The notes under the pieces: model-generated
The model's input: the letters and a program-made list of their open reading frames with translations, nothing else
What the model was told of the DNA's origin: nothing
Database searches by the model: none
Shown here: positions 9,972 through 20,391 of the stretch, piece by piece
Layout of the letters: every line of letters begins with the position of its first letter
Position numbering within the stretch: the stretch's first letter is position 1
Assembly: GCA_038214755.1 (NCBI GenBank)
Contig: JBBQRQ010000006.1
Location: 1 to 64,000, forward strand
DNA from: Verrucomicrobiota bacterium
Lineage (GTDB): Bacteria > Verrucomicrobiota > Verrucomicrobiia > Limisphaerales > CANJXF01
DNA: 64,000 nucleotides
Reading direction: 5' to 3'
Made by a program: the position numbers and the translations under genes

Positions 9972-10859
9972 CTATTTCCGGGCCATTTTCTTGCGGGCAG
10001 CGTCGAGGATTTGGCGTTCGCGATCGGTCAGGCTGTGGATGCCATGCGCGGAAATTTTGTCGAGAATCGGATCGACTTCCTGGCTGATGAACTGCGCGGC
10101 AGGAAGTTCTTCATTCGGTGCGGAAGCATTTTTGGCGCGACGCCAGGTTGTTGGTTTGGAAGAATTTGTTTTCACCAATTCCCGAATCGATGGAGTGAAG
10201 TCCCGCCAGCGACTCGACAGTCGTTGCGAAAGAACAAACCAGCGGATGTAGGCGATCCCGGTCAGCATTCCACCGAGGTGCGCGGCGTGAGCCACATTAT
10301 CGTTGGGGATGAGAATTCCGAAGAGCGCGAATGCGGCGCTGAAAATCAAAAGCCATTTCGCCTTCATCGTGATCGGAACGATGAAGAACACGAGCATCGT
10401 CAAAGACCGGTCGGGAAACAAAGTGGCGAAGGCGGCGATCAAACCAAACGCGCCGGCGGACGCGCCCATCACCGCCGCACCGAAATGACTGGGCAGCAGG
10501 AGCGCGCCTGCCACTTGAAATATCCCGCCGATGATTCCACTGGCAAAATAAAGTTTGAGAAAAGTCCGCTCGCCGAGTGTCTCCTCGATGGAGCGGCCAA
10601 AAAAATAAATGGCGATTGAGTTGAATAACAGATGAAAAATTCCGCCGTGCATGAATTGGAACGTGATCAGTTGCCAGAGGTATCCGGCTCGAAGTCCTTC
10701 CAGGCTCAGCGCGAAATATTGGTTGACCGGAAAATTGGTGTAGTAAACGGCAAGCTGTTGCAACAAAAAGCAGACAGCATTTGTCACGAGTAGAATGATG
10801 GTCATCGACCAGCGAGAGCGGGCCGATTCACTGCGCATGTATGAGCGATCATCCAACAT
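9972..10859 (-). CDS. Rhomboid family intramembrane serine protease
   Basis: WQLITFQFMHG..HLLFN, GASA and AHAAHLGG motifs; C-terminal VDPILDKISAHGIHSLT.RER..L domain. Confidence 0.92.
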   Translation of the reverse strand: MLDDRSYMRSESARSRWSMTIILLVTNAVCFLLQQLAVYYTNFPVNQYFALSLEGLRAGYLWQLITFQFMHGGIFHLLFNSIAIYFFGRSIEETLGERTFLKLYFASGIIGGIFQVAGALLLPSHFGAAVMGASAGAFGLIAAFATLFPDRSLTMLVFFIVPITMKAKWLLIFSAAFALFGILIPNDNVAHAAHLGGMLTGIAYIRWFVLSQRLSSRWRDFTPSIRELVKTNSSKPTTWRRAKNASAPNEELPAAQFISQEVDPILDKISAHGIHSLTDRERQILDAARKKMARK

Positions 10860-10913
10860 TGTGAGAGGAACGTAGTCGGCGCGGGGAAGATTTTCAATGA
10901 GCTTCTGATCAAC

Positions 10914-11090
10914 GGGTGTGATTTAAACTGGCGGTCAACGTAGCGCAGGATTGCATCCTGCTGTATCGCCGGTTTGAAACCGGCTGACCGTCGCAAAGAG
11001 CGAGAGTCTTTAGGTTTCGAAAGTCTCCCGTCCTGGCGGCATTCCGCAGGTTGAAAACCTGCGATACAGCAGGATGCAATCCTGCGCTAC
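10914..11090. repeat. REPIN-like element, GTAGCGCAGGATTGCATCC family
   Basis: Near-identical to 2075-2225 and preceded by the same gtgtgatt..tggcggtca wrapper end. Confidence 0.9.
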
Positions 11091-11281
11091 AACTGATCAA
11101 CTGCCTGCGCTACGTCGCGGGACGCGCGAGGTGACGTAGCGCGCGCTTCCAGTCCCGCGCGCGGGATTGCGGCGGCTTCCAGCCGCGAGTTTTCAATCGC
11201 CAAAAAAATTGCGCGCGAAACGGCGGGTTGAAAATTTTGCGTGGAAAACTTTCAGGCGATTGTCCAACGTGCTGAAAGATT

Positions 11282-11752
11282 GTGAACACAAACGGATTGA
11301 TTATTCGCCCCGCCACGAGCGCCGACGCCGCCACGCTCGTTGCATTCAACCTCCGCCTCGCCGCTGAAACCGAGCAGCGCGAACTCGATCCGAAAATCGT
11401 CACGGCGGGAGTGGAGAATCTCCTGCGCAATTCCGCGCTCGGATTTTACATCGTTGCTGAACAGGACAAGCGCGTCGTCGGCGCACTGATGATCACTTTC
11501 GAGTGGAGCGATTGGCGCAACAAAACTTTTTGGTGGATTCAAAGTGTTTACGTCCACCCGGATTTTCGGCGGCGCGGAATTTATCGAAAACTTTACGGAC
11601 ACGTCAGCCAATTAGCGGAACAGTCACGTGAAGTTTGCGGACTGCGTTTGTATGTGAAGAAGAGCAACCTCGTCGCGCAACGAGCCTACTCTCAACTCGG
11701 CATGGACGAAGCGACCTACAAAATTTTTGAGGCGATGATTCGGGCGGTGTAG
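11282..11752 (+). CDS. GNAT family N-acetyltransferase
   Basis: IRPAT..D; WIQSVYVHPDFRRRGIYR; N..AQRAY..LGM. Confidence 0.9.
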   Translation: MNTNGLIIRPATSADAATLVAFNLRLAAETEQRELDPKIVTAGVENLLRNSALGFYIVAEQDKRVVGALMITFEWSDWRNKTFWWIQSVYVHPDFRRRGIYRKLYGHVSQLAEQSREVCGLRLYVKKSNLVAQRAYSQLGMDEATYKIFEAMIRAV

Positions 11753-12047
11753 TTAGATGGACGCAGATCAACCCAGCGCGGCAGAGCCGCAACCAATGGA
11801 GCGCCGGTTTGCAACCGGCTTGGTGTCATTGCGCCGAGATTAAGCCGGTTGCAAACCGGTGCTCCGTTGTGTAGCTGATAAATTTCTTCACCTCGCGGAC
11901 AACGGCCCGGCCCGGTTGGAAAAAAATGAATTCGCACCCGCCGGAGGCAGATGCTACCCATGACGGTCCAGACTTCTCCGTCGCAAAATTTGATAGAAAC
12001 ATTTCTCGAAAAGATTTTTGTCCCTTTGAATTTCTGATTCCCACTTT

Positions 12048-12413
12048 TTAAGGACCGGTGAAAAGTTCGATGGTGTGTCCGTCAGGGTCGCGCAGGAAAA
12101 TTTGCCACGCGCCATCCGGACGGCGTTTGCGCGGGTTGAAATTCGCTTTTTGATCGACAAGATGTTTCTCCCATTGATCGAGATCATCGACGCGCAGCGC
12201 AAAATGATTGCCGCGATGGTGGGAGTGCACCGGCTCGCCGCGTTCACCGATGAGATGCAACTCTTGGCCTTCGCCCAGCCGAAACCAGGCGCCCGGAAAA
12301 TCAAAGGCAGGTCGGGGCAACGGTTCCAACCGCAAAATGTTTTGATAAAAATCCTTCGACCGCTCAATGTCGCCAACGTGAAGCGCGACGTGGTTCAACT
12401 CTAAAATTTCCAT
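12048..12413 (-). CDS. VOC/glyoxalase family protein
   Basis: LNHVALHV.D.ERS..FY..IL; NHFALRV; QIFLRDPDGHTIEL. Confidence 0.9.
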   Translation of the reverse strand: MEILELNHVALHVGDIERSKDFYQNILRLEPLPRPAFDFPGAWFRLGEGQELHLIGERGEPVHSHHRGNHFALRVDDLDQWEKHLVDQKANFNPRKRRPDGAWQIFLRDPDGHTIELFTGP

Positions 12414-12590
12414 CGGCAATTTGTAAAAGTTTCGCTGCTCCGGCGCAATTGCCATCGTCGGGTAGCATCTGCCTCTGGCGGGTGCGTGACAGCCTCCTCT
12501 TTTTCCTCTGAAAAAAAGTCGCAACAAACCTTTTCGCACCCGCCGGAGGCAGATGCTACCCGAACTCTTTCGGAGAATCCTACGTTCGCC

Positions 12591-12863
12591 CTATTTATTT
12601 TGAGGAGTTTTAGGCGCGGGTTTTTTATCCACTGCCGCTTTCACTTTTTGCAGGTCGTCTCGGATTTCGCCGACTTGGGGATGAACTTCCTGAATCAGTT
12701 TGTGCTCTTCCCGCGAGAGGGTTTCGATGCGTTTGCTTTGTTCGGTCAGTTTATCGAGCAAACGATTTTGCTTGGAAGAAATTCGGTGCATCCACCAAAA
12801 ACAAATCGCCCAACAAAACGTTCCGACAATTGCCAAAGTCATCGCCAACCAGTCGCGTTGCAT
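12591..12863 (-). CDS. Small membrane-anchored coiled-coil hypothetical protein
   Basis: One TM helix followed by a coiled coil; start taken at ATG 12863 because the upstream frame crosses repeats. Confidence 0.6.
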   Translation of the reverse strand: MQRDWLAMTLAIVGTFCWAICFWWMHRISSKQNRLLDKLTEQSKRIETLSREEHKLIQEVHPQVGEIRDDLQKVKAAVDKKPAPKTPQNK

Positions 12864-13205
12864 GAACGCAACATTGTTCAGTCGCGGACTAAAAAGGCAA
12901 GGCGCAGGCGTTAAAATTCTTCGATTGATTGAATTGCTCGGCCTTCTGCGGGTTGAAGGAATTGCTGCGATGAACACGAGCGCGTTTCCGGGTAGCATCT
13001 GCCTCCGGCGGGTGCGAACCAATTGCCATGCGCGCCGACAGAAGTCCCGACGTTTGATGTTTGGCTATAGCGAAGTTGGAATATGGGAGTAAGAAATGAA
13101 TTCGCACCCGCCGGAGGCAGATGCTACCCCCTCCCCTCAAACTTCCCCACGTCAACCAATAATTTTGCATTGCGAAGTGTCGTCCGCAGCGGTTACAAAA
13201 TATTT

Positions 13206-14006
13206 ATGAATGCGATGCACGAAATTGATTTCACGATTCACGGGGACGACATGCAGTTTGTCGAAATCGAACTCGACCCGATGGAAGCGGCTCTCGCCGA
13301 AGCTGGCGGCATGATGTACATGGAAGACGGCATCGAGATGGAGACGATTTTCGGCGACGGCTCGCAACAAAACAGCGGATTTCTCGGAGCGTTGATGGGC
13401 GCTGGCAAACGGTTGCTCGTCGGCGAATCCCTTTTCATGACGGTTTTCCAAAATCGTGGCGCTGGGAAAAAACACGTCGCGTTCGGTGCGCCTTATCCGG
13501 GAAAAATCATTCCCATTCACCTCGCAGAAATCGGCGGCGAGCTTCTCGCGCAAAAAGATTCGTTTCTCTGCGCGGCCAAAGGCGTGAGTCTCGGCATCGC
13601 GTTCACGAAACGTTTTGGCGCGGGTCTTTTTGGTGGAGAAGGTTTTATTTTGGAACGGCTCCAAGGGGATGGGCTGGCCTTCGTTCATGCGGGCGGCACG
13701 CTCTACGAACGCGTTCTTGCGCCGGGAGAAACCATGCGGGTGGACACCGGATGCATCGTCGCATTCCAACCGTCGGTCGATTACGACATTCAATACATTG
13801 GAAATATTAAGAGCGCGTTGTTTGGCGGCGAAGGGCTTTTCTTCGCGACGCTGCGCGGCCCTGGAAAAATCTGGTTGCAATCACTTCCGCTCAGTCGGTT
13901 GGCCGCGCGCATCACCGCCGCGTCACCCAGGACCGGACGTGGCGGACGTGAAGAAGGGTCGGTGCTCGGCGGTCTCGGACGCCTGATGGACGGAGACAAT
14001 TCCTGA
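13206..14006 (+). CDS. AIM24 / TIGR00266 family protein
   Basis: [14 protein letters not shown]...[39 protein letters not shown]. Confidence 0.9.
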   Translation: MNAMHEIDFTIHGDDMQFVEIELDPMEAALAEAGGMMYMEDGIEMETIFGDGSQQNSGFLGALMGAGKRLLVGESLFMTVFQNRGAGKKHVAFGAPYPGKIIPIHLAEIGGELLAQKDSFLCAAKGVSLGIAFTKRFGAGLFGGEGFILERLQGDGLAFVHAGGTLYERVLAPGETMRVDTGCIVAFQPSVDYDIQYIGNIKSALFGGEGLFFATLRGPGKIWLQSLPLSRLAARITAASPRTGRGGREEGSVLGGLGRLMDGDNS

Positions 14007-14061
14007 ACGACTTTTCGGGCGACTGCGCGGGTTTCTCCAAGTGGGTTAATTCTGTAACTCT

Positions 14062-14157
14062 ATGTTGGATGTTCGATGTTCGATGTTGGAAAATTAAAAC
14101 CAACATCCAATTGAACATTCAACATCGAACCTCCAACATCCAACATCGAACATCGAA
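14062..14157. repeat. Inverted arrays of a heptamer (ATGTTSG / CSAACAT)
   Basis: Four units at 14062-14089 face about seven complementary units at 14100-14157. Confidence 0.8.
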
Positions 14158-14168
14158 AAAAACCGATC

Positions 14169-16364
14169 ATGGCGCTGAACATCCCTGGCGCGCTTTTCGC
14201 GACAACCCGCGTGCGCCGCGCCATACGCTTCCTTTTTCTCGTCTGCTTTTTTTGTCTGACCGGCTTGGCCCGGAGCGCGTTGCAGTTCGATGTCTTTCTG
14301 GGCTACGACGGGATCGTTCCCGAAGCGAGTTGGTTTCCCATCATCTGCGAAGTGCGAAATGACGGACCCTCCTTCAATGCTTTTTTTGAAATCTCATCGG
14401 GGCAATTCAATCAAAGCCAGGTTCGGCGCGTGCCGCTGGAATTGCCGACCAATACACGCAAGCGCGTGGTCGTTCCCGTTTTTTCCAGTTCGCGCCACAC
14501 CACTTGGAATTTTCGTCTGGTGGATGACCGCGACAAAGTCCAGGCCGAGCAGTTGAACATTCGTCCGCGAAAACAAATTGCCTGGGAGATTCCCCTTATC
14601 GGCGCTCTCGCTCGCTCGGTCGCCGGCGTGCCGATTCTTCCACCGATCAAATCGAATCAGCCGGAATTGCAATCCACTCCGGCGCGACTACAGCCCGCGC
14701 TTTTTCCGGACAACCCGATTGCCCTTGAAGGTCTCAACACGCTTTACCTCAACACGGAAACCGCGTTGGAGTTAAAAGTCCCGCAGCGCGACGCGCTCCT
14801 CGCCTGGCTCAACGGCGGAGGACATCTGGTGGTGAGCGTCGAACAGATTGCTGATCTCGCCGCGAGTGAATGGCTGCGTGATCTGCTGCCGTTCGAATCA
14901 ACTTCAACGAAGCAACTCACCGCCAACTCGGAATTACAAACATGGTTACAGCGCGGCGCAATTAACCTCCCGCAGCCCTCCCCAACCAATCGCGTGACGA
15001 AACCATCCTACAAAAAACTCACACCAATCCGGGCGCATGTGATTGGCCCGAATCCTTTTTCGGAATTGCTCTCCGATCCCCAATTTGATCAAAGCCAAAT
15101 GCTCATTTTGACCGGCAACTTGCGCGACGGAAATATTCTGGTGACGGCTGAAGGAAATCCGTTGGTCGTTCAGGCGGCGCGCGGTCGCGGGAAAATTACG
15201 TTGCTCACTTTCAGCGCGGAGCGCGAACCGTTCGTCTCGTGGAAAAATCGTCCGTGGTTTTGGGCCAAGCTGACTGAAATTCCCGTCGGGTTGTATCAAT
15301 CCTCTGATTACAATTTTTACGGAGGCCACAGCATCGATGGAGTTTTCGGCGCGATGATCGACAGCAAACAAGTCCGCAAACTTCCCTTGACCTGGCTGCT
15401 CGTCATCCTCGTTCTCTATTTGTTGGTCATCGGACCGCTCGACCAATATTGGTTGAAAAAAATAAATCGGCAGATGCTGACGTGGATAACTTTTCCCGCG
15501 TACGTTTTGATTTTCTCAGGGCTGATTTATTTCATCGGCTTCCAATTGCGCGCCGGCGATTCGGAGTTCAACGAGTTGCACATCGTCGATATTTTTCCGC
15601 GAAACGAAAAAGCCGTCTTGCGCGGTCACACTTACGCTTCACTTTATTCGCCGTCCAACAAGCGCTATCCGCTGGTGGGCGAGCAGCCGTTCGCCGCTTT
15701 GCGGGGAGAATTCGTTTCCAGCTACGGCGGCGCGGAAGAGAACAGTCGCGCCAACGTAATTCATCGCGGAAATAATTTTGTGGCCGACGTTTCGGTGCCG
15801 GTCTGGACGAGCCAGCTTTATGTCAGCGATTGGCTGCAATCTGCGGATTTGCCCATGAGAACTTCCGCGATTCGAAATGGGACGAATTGGGAAGTGACGG
15901 TGGAAAATAAATTGGACAGAAAACTTTCGGAGGCGCGTGTCGTGATTGCCAACCAGGTTTATTTCATCGGCGATCTGGCCGCGAAGCAGGCGAAGAAAAT
16001 TCAATTGCAAACCAACCAGGCCATGCCTTTGAAAGACTTCGTTCAACAAAACGGCGGGCAATTTTTCAATGCCGTCCAATTCCGGCGACAAACTTTCGGA
16101 AATAACCAGGCCGCGTTCAACCTTCCGCTGGGCGCGATGGCCGCGTCCTTTAACTCGCAATTGAATGAAGGCAAGGGCCAGTTTCTTATTTCGCCGCGAG
16201 GTTTTGACCTTTCAAAATTCGCGGAACGGGACAGCGTGATCCTGCTCGCGTGGGATGAGGGTCATTCGCTGACGGCGCCATTGAATCGCTTCACTCCTCG
16301 ACGCAGCCATCGCGATACGTTGCTCAGGCTGGTTGTTCCAAAAGAAATTTCACAGTTGCGGTAA
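14169..16364 (+). CDS. Large membrane protein with a glutamine-amidotransferase-like domain, associated with an ABC transporter
   Basis: Signal peptide; LLAWLNGGGHLVV; PLVV..RGRGKI; YLLVIGPLDQYWLKK..R..LTWITFP TM pair. Confidence 0.65.
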   Translation: MALNIPGALFATTRVRRAIRFLFLVCFFCLTGLARSALQFDVFLGYDGIVPEASWFPIICEVRNDGPSFNAFFEISSGQFNQSQVRRVPLELPTNTRKRVVVPVFSSSRHTTWNFRLVDDRDKVQAEQLNIRPRKQIAWEIPLIGALARSVAGVPILPPIKSNQPELQSTPARLQPALFPDNPIALEGLNTLYLNTETALELKVPQRDALLAWLNGGGHLVVSVEQIADLAASEWLRDLLPFESTSTKQLTANSELQTWLQRGAINLPQPSPTNRVTKPSYKKLTPIRAHVIGPNPFSELLSDPQFDQSQMLILTGNLRDGNILVTAEGNPLVVQAARGRGKITLLTFSAEREPFVSWKNRPWFWAKLTEIPVGLYQSSDYNFYGGHSIDGVFGAMIDSKQVRKLPLTWLLVILVLYLLVIGPLDQYWLKKINRQMLTWITFPAYVLIFSGLIYFIGFQLRAGDSEFNELHIVDIFPRNEKAVLRGHTYASLYSPSNKRYPLVGEQPFAALRGEFVSSYGGAEENSRANVIHRGNNFVADVSVPVWTSQLYVSDWLQSADLPMRTSAIRNGTNWEVTVENKLDRKLSEARVVIANQVYFIGDLAAKQAKKIQLQTNQAMPLKDFVQQNGGQFFNAVQFRRQTFGNNQAAFNLPLGAMAASFNSQLNEGKGQFLISPRGFDLSKFAERDSVILLAWDEGHSLTAPLNRFTPRRSHRDTLLRLVVPKEISQLR

Positions 16365-16398
16365 AAATTTGATTGTCCAATGAAACAAGAAATAGAAA

Positions 16399-16681
16399 GT
16401 AGGGCAGCGCGTCTCGCCTGGGCGCATCTCAATTTCTTGCAACCTCTCATTAGCACCCGGCTTCAGCCGGGTGAACAGGAAACAGATTGCGACCCTCAAC
16501 CGCTTCAGCGGTTTCCCACACGGAGCAAACCGCTGAAGCGGTTGAACGGGCCTCACGCCCTCAACACCCGGCTGAAGCCGGGTGCTAATGAGATTCGAAA
16601 CAAACATTGGAAGAAAGTGAAATGCGCCCGTTGCCCAGGTGCTCTCTCGTTCCTCGGGGCAGGCGAGACGCACTGCCCTAC
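16399..16681. repeat. Nested repeat: gggcgcatctc...atgcgccc element inside a GTAGGGCAGCGCGTCTCGCCTG REP pair
   Basis: Outer arms at 16399-16420 and ~16656-16681; inner element 16420-16629 with a core matching 207-361. Confidence 0.8.
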
Positions 16682-16722
16682 TTTAACCGGCCTTCGTCCA
16701 GCTAATCCCGCACTTTAAAATT

Positions 16723-17673
16723 ATGTCCGCCATTCCTCCCATTCCCGCTGTGCAAACTTTTGGTCTCACCCGCACTTATGGCGCGACGACCGCGCTCAAC
16801 GCCCTCGACCTCACCATCAACAAAGGCGATTTGTTTGGATTCATCGGCTCCAATGGCGCAGGCAAAACTACGACGCTGCGAATCCTCGCCACCTTTTTGT
16901 CGCCGTCAGCCGGTCGCGCGGAAGTGCTCGGACACGACGTGGTGAAAGACGCGGATGCCGTCCGTCACGTCATCGGTTACATGCCGGATTTTTTCGGAGT
17001 GTATAAAGATATGGAGGTGACCGAGTATCTCGATTTCTTCGGGGCGTGTTACAAAATTCCCACCGCGCAGCGCGAGAAAACGGTCAGCGATGTTTTGGAA
17101 CTGGTTGGCCTCAGCGAAAAAAAAGGCGCGCTCATCGGCGCATTGAGTCGTGGAATGCAACAGCGTCTCGGCCTGGCTCGCGTGCTGATTCACGATCCGC
17201 AACTCCTTCTTCTCGACGAACCGGCCAGCGGCCTCGATCCCCGCGCGCGCATCGAGATGATGGCAATTTTGCAAGAGCTACAACGGCTCGGAAAAACGAT
17301 TATTATTTCGTCCCACATTCTCAGCGAGTTGCAAACGCTCTGCAATCGAGTGGCCATCATCGAAAAAGGAAAATTAATTTACAGCGGCCCGGTGCAAGGT
17401 GTCCGCGATCAAATGGCGTCGGGTTTAATTTATTGGGTCACCGTTTCCGGCGATTCGAGTAAAGCCATCGAACTATTAAAATCACGCGCTGAAGTGGCGA
17501 ACGTCGCTGCGGTCGATGGACAAGTGAAAGTCACTTTTGTGAATCACCAAATTGATCCCGCATTTCTGCCCGAAGCCTTGGTCAATGGCGGAGTGAAATT
17601 TACCGGGTTGTGGGAAGACGAACTTGGTTTGGAGGAAGTTTTTCTACGCGTGACGCGCGGCGAGACGCAATAA
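16723..17673 (+). CDS. ABC transporter ATP-binding protein (ABC-2 type)
   Basis: GSNGAGKTT Walker A; LSRGMQQR signature; LLLDEP Walker B; SSH. Confidence 0.95.
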   Translation: MSAIPPIPAVQTFGLTRTYGATTALNALDLTINKGDLFGFIGSNGAGKTTTLRILATFLSPSAGRAEVLGHDVVKDADAVRHVIGYMPDFFGVYKDMEVTEYLDFFGACYKIPTAQREKTVSDVLELVGLSEKKGALIGALSRGMQQRLGLARVLIHDPQLLLLDEPASGLDPRARIEMMAILQELQRLGKTIIISSHILSELQTLCNRVAIIEKGKLIYSGPVQGVRDQMASGLIYWVTVSGDSSKAIELLKSRAEVANVAAVDGQVKVTFVNHQIDPAFLPEALVNGGVKFTGLWEDELGLEEVFLRVTRGETQ

Positions 17674-17761
17674 TTGTAGCGGCGCGTCTGTGACCGCCGT
17701 TGAGATTGCTCGCTGAAAAAAACGCGACGATAAATGCGACGGTCATAGACGCGCCGCTACA

Positions 17762-19315
17762 GTGGCAATGAACCTTTCACCGATCATCATGCGCGAACTT
17801 CGCGCCGAGGCGCGGCACCCAATCAATTACGCCCTCCGAACTTTGGGCGCGGCGGTCCTCACTGGCTTTCTCGGATTTTTTCTTTGGGGACAAGAAAATG
17901 CGCAATCTGGCGGCAGCGCTTTTCACGCGTTGAGCTTCATTGTTTTCTGCGCAATTTGGATCGTCGTTCCGCTCTTGACCGCCGATTGCATCAGCCGCGA
18001 AAGACGAGAAGGCACGCTCGGCCTTCTTTTTTTAACTCCGCTCAAACCGCTCGAAATTATTTTGGGCAAAGGAATCATTCACGCCATCCGCTCCCTGACG
18101 TTGATCGTCGCGGTCATTCCGATTTTAACCATCCCATTTGTTCTAGGTGGCATCAACGCGACCAATGTTTTTTGGAGTCTGTTGTTGAATTTTACCTCGC
18201 TGCCGCTGGCGCTCGCCGCGGGTTTGCTGGCCTCGTCGTCGTGCCGGCAATCCAGCCGCGCCATTATTCTGGCGGAAATATTTGCCGCATTGTTTCTGTT
18301 CGTTTCCTTCAAAGCCATGGCCATTTCACTTTTCGGTTGGTCGGCCTGGAGAGCCGGTTTCTTTGACGTTTTAAGAGGCGCCTACCAAAGTTTTTTTAAC
18401 TCGCCCCGCTTCCAATCGGTGCAGACCGCGTCTGGCATTTCGCCAATGCAAAGGATCACGTTGTTGGCGATTTTCGTTGGGGCGATTCTATTTTTTGGAT
18501 TGATAGTTTTTCTCGCTGCTCATCGCTTGAAAAAAACCTGGCAGGAAAATCCTCCTTCGCCGCGTCAATCACGCATCCAAAAAATATTTTGCACGCCGCG
18601 ATTTTGGGTCGGCTTTTTGCGACGGAGCAATGAATCCAAACTGTCGCGCAACCCCATCGGCTGGCTTCAGCAATATTCCTGGAGCGCGCGGTTGAGCAAG
18701 TGGGGCTGGTGCTTTGCCGTCATCACCATCCTCTCCTGGTTTTTGGCAAATGACTTTCAGTTCTTTTATCCCGGTTGCGCGTCGTTGAAAACGGCCATCC
18801 TCATCAGCATGGCCTTCAGCGCGGTCGGAAGTTTTCAGCGTGAAAAACAAAATGGCGCGCTGGAACTTTTATTGGTCACGCCGTTGACGGAAGGGCAAAT
18901 TATTTTCGGCCGCTTGCGTGGAATCTGGGGTCAATTCCTTCCGGCGTTTGCCATTCTTTTGTTCAGCATGTTGTCCGTCGAACAATTTTTCTCGCACTCC
19001 TATTATGAGCGAAATCATCCAGTGATTTCCACCTGGCTCTGCAATTTCATCGCCGTCCCGATGGTTGGACTGTACTTTTCGATGCGGATAAAAAGTTTTA
19101 TGGCGGCGTGGTTGCTGACTTGTTTGCTAACTCTTTTTGTCCCGCTGTTTTTAATCCGGCTGGGGGAGGAGATTGGAATTTCCCTGGGGTTCCAAAATGC
19201 TGACGATGCTTATCAGCATGCGAGCATACTCTTGCTGACGCCGATGGCTTTGGGGGCCGGATTTCTTCTGCATGCCCAACTGAGAAATCGTTCATTCGCT
19301 TTGGGGCGTTTATGA
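17762..19315 (+). CDS. ABC-2 type permease with a duplicated membrane domain
   Basis: PII.RELR; DCISRERREGTLGLLFLTPL and FQREKQNGALELLLVTPL. Confidence 0.85.
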   Translation: MAMNLSPIIMRELRAEARHPINYALRTLGAAVLTGFLGFFLWGQENAQSGGSAFHALSFIVFCAIWIVVPLLTADCISRERREGTLGLLFLTPLKPLEIILGKGIIHAIRSLTLIVAVIPILTIPFVLGGINATNVFWSLLLNFTSLPLALAAGLLASSSCRQSSRAIILAEIFAALFLFVSFKAMAISLFGWSAWRAGFFDVLRGAYQSFFNSPRFQSVQTASGISPMQRITLLAIFVGAILFFGLIVFLAAHRLKKTWQENPPSPRQSRIQKIFCTPRFWVGFLRRSNESKLSRNPIGWLQQYSWSARLSKWGWCFAVITILSWFLANDFQFFYPGCASLKTAILISMAFSAVGSFQREKQNGALELLLVTPLTEGQIIFGRLRGIWGQFLPAFAILLFSMLSVEQFFSHSYYERNHPVISTWLCNFIAVPMVGLYFSMRIKSFMAAWLLTCLLTLFVPLFLIRLGEEIGISLGFQNADDAYQHASILLLTPMALGAGFLLHAQLRNRSFALGRL

Positions 19316-19326
19316 AGTTGAACGCG

Positions 19327-19533
19327 AAATCCGAATTCTAAAATCCGAAGCGCGAAGGCGGAAGTTCGCTTTGGATTGCGGGGACATGTCCCCGCTTTGG
19401 CTGCATGATGGCAAAGGCGAGGGCGTCAATCACTTTCCCAACATTGGCGAGGCGCGCAGGAAAAGCGGCGTCATGTCGCCGCAGTCCAAAGGAAAGTGCC
19501 GCGCTCGTTTTCGGTATTCGGATTTCGGATTTC
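19327..19533. repeat. REP pair (ttggattgcggggacatgtccccgc family) flanked by inverted aatccga/tcggatt heptamer arrays
   Basis: Heptamers at ~19327-19349 and 19509-19533 surround the REP pair at 19371-19489. Confidence 0.7.
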
Positions 19534-19620
19534 TAACGAGGACCTTTTGTCCATATCGGAAAAAATATTCTTCGCATAGGCTTCGGAGAAGATTGGCCTG
19601 CGCCGCACGAAGAAGGGGCT

Positions 19621-20349
19621 TTACCACCAGTTGGAACTTATGTTGCCCGGGACTGAAATCCAGTTGGTTATCGCGCGTGGAAATTTATAATAAATCACAT
19701 GGCCGTCTCCAAAGAGCATAGGCCAGACCGGTTTGCCCTTGTAATTGTGCCAGACACTTTTTATATCCTCGTAATCCCGTCCGTCCCAAGGCCAATCTCC
19801 CAAGATGATTTTGGTGGAAGGTTTCCTGCCAACCTCCGAACCTTTAATGGGAATAACGATACTCCCCGAAAATTTGCCGTCGTCGCCGCCGACGTATTTC
19901 ACTCCATATCGGTCGAGACGCCAAACCATCAGATAACTATTGCCCCAATCGAGAAAACAATTCACCGAACCCCACTGTGAGTCTCCGGCATCGGCAGGGC
20001 AGTGATAGACCTCTACATTTTTGGTGTAAACGTTCAAAGGCCGATTGGATTCAACTACGAGCGACCCATGCAAATTGTCAGGCCGGACGCCTTTCTTACC
20101 GCCCCACGTAGCCCAGTTGGCGTATGCAGGATAAAAATCCCGGTTATCATCTACATACATAAACAACGCCACACTTATCTGGTGTTGGTTGCTAATACAT
20201 TTAGTCAGGTTCGCCTTGGACTTGGCCTTGGCCAAAGCCGGCAGAAGGAGGGCCGCTAGAATCGCAATAATAGCTATGACCACGAGCAACTCTATTAAAG
20301 TAAATGCTAGAGAAGCCTTCCGGGTGCCTATGAGATTAAACTGATCCAT
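19621..20349 (-). CDS. Prepilin-type N-terminal cleavage / H-X9-DG protein (DUF1559-like)
   Basis: [48 protein letters not shown]. Confidence 0.9.
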   Translation of the reverse strand: MDQFNLIGTRKASLAFTLIELLVVIAIIAILAALLLPALAKAKSKANLTKCISNQHQISVALFMYVDDNRDFYPAYANWATWGGKKGVRPDNLHGSLVVESNRPLNVYTKNVEVYHCPADAGDSQWGSVNCFLDWGNSYLMVWRLDRYGVKYVGGDDGKFSGSIVIPIKGSEVGRKPSTKIILGDWPWDGRDYEDIKSVWHNYKGKPVWPMLFGDGHVIYYKFPRAITNWISVPGNISSNWW

Positions 20350-20391
20350 TTTTAAATTTTAGGTTCTACCGCGCGGGGTCGCCAGCATACC

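Larger units (their letters stand above)
11931..13129. repeat. Five copies of the REP-like unit ttcgcacccgccggaggcagatgctaccc in alternating orientation
   Basis: Copies near 11931, 12460 (inverted), 12533, 12990 (inverted) and 13101; a sixth at 28116. Confidence 0.85.
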
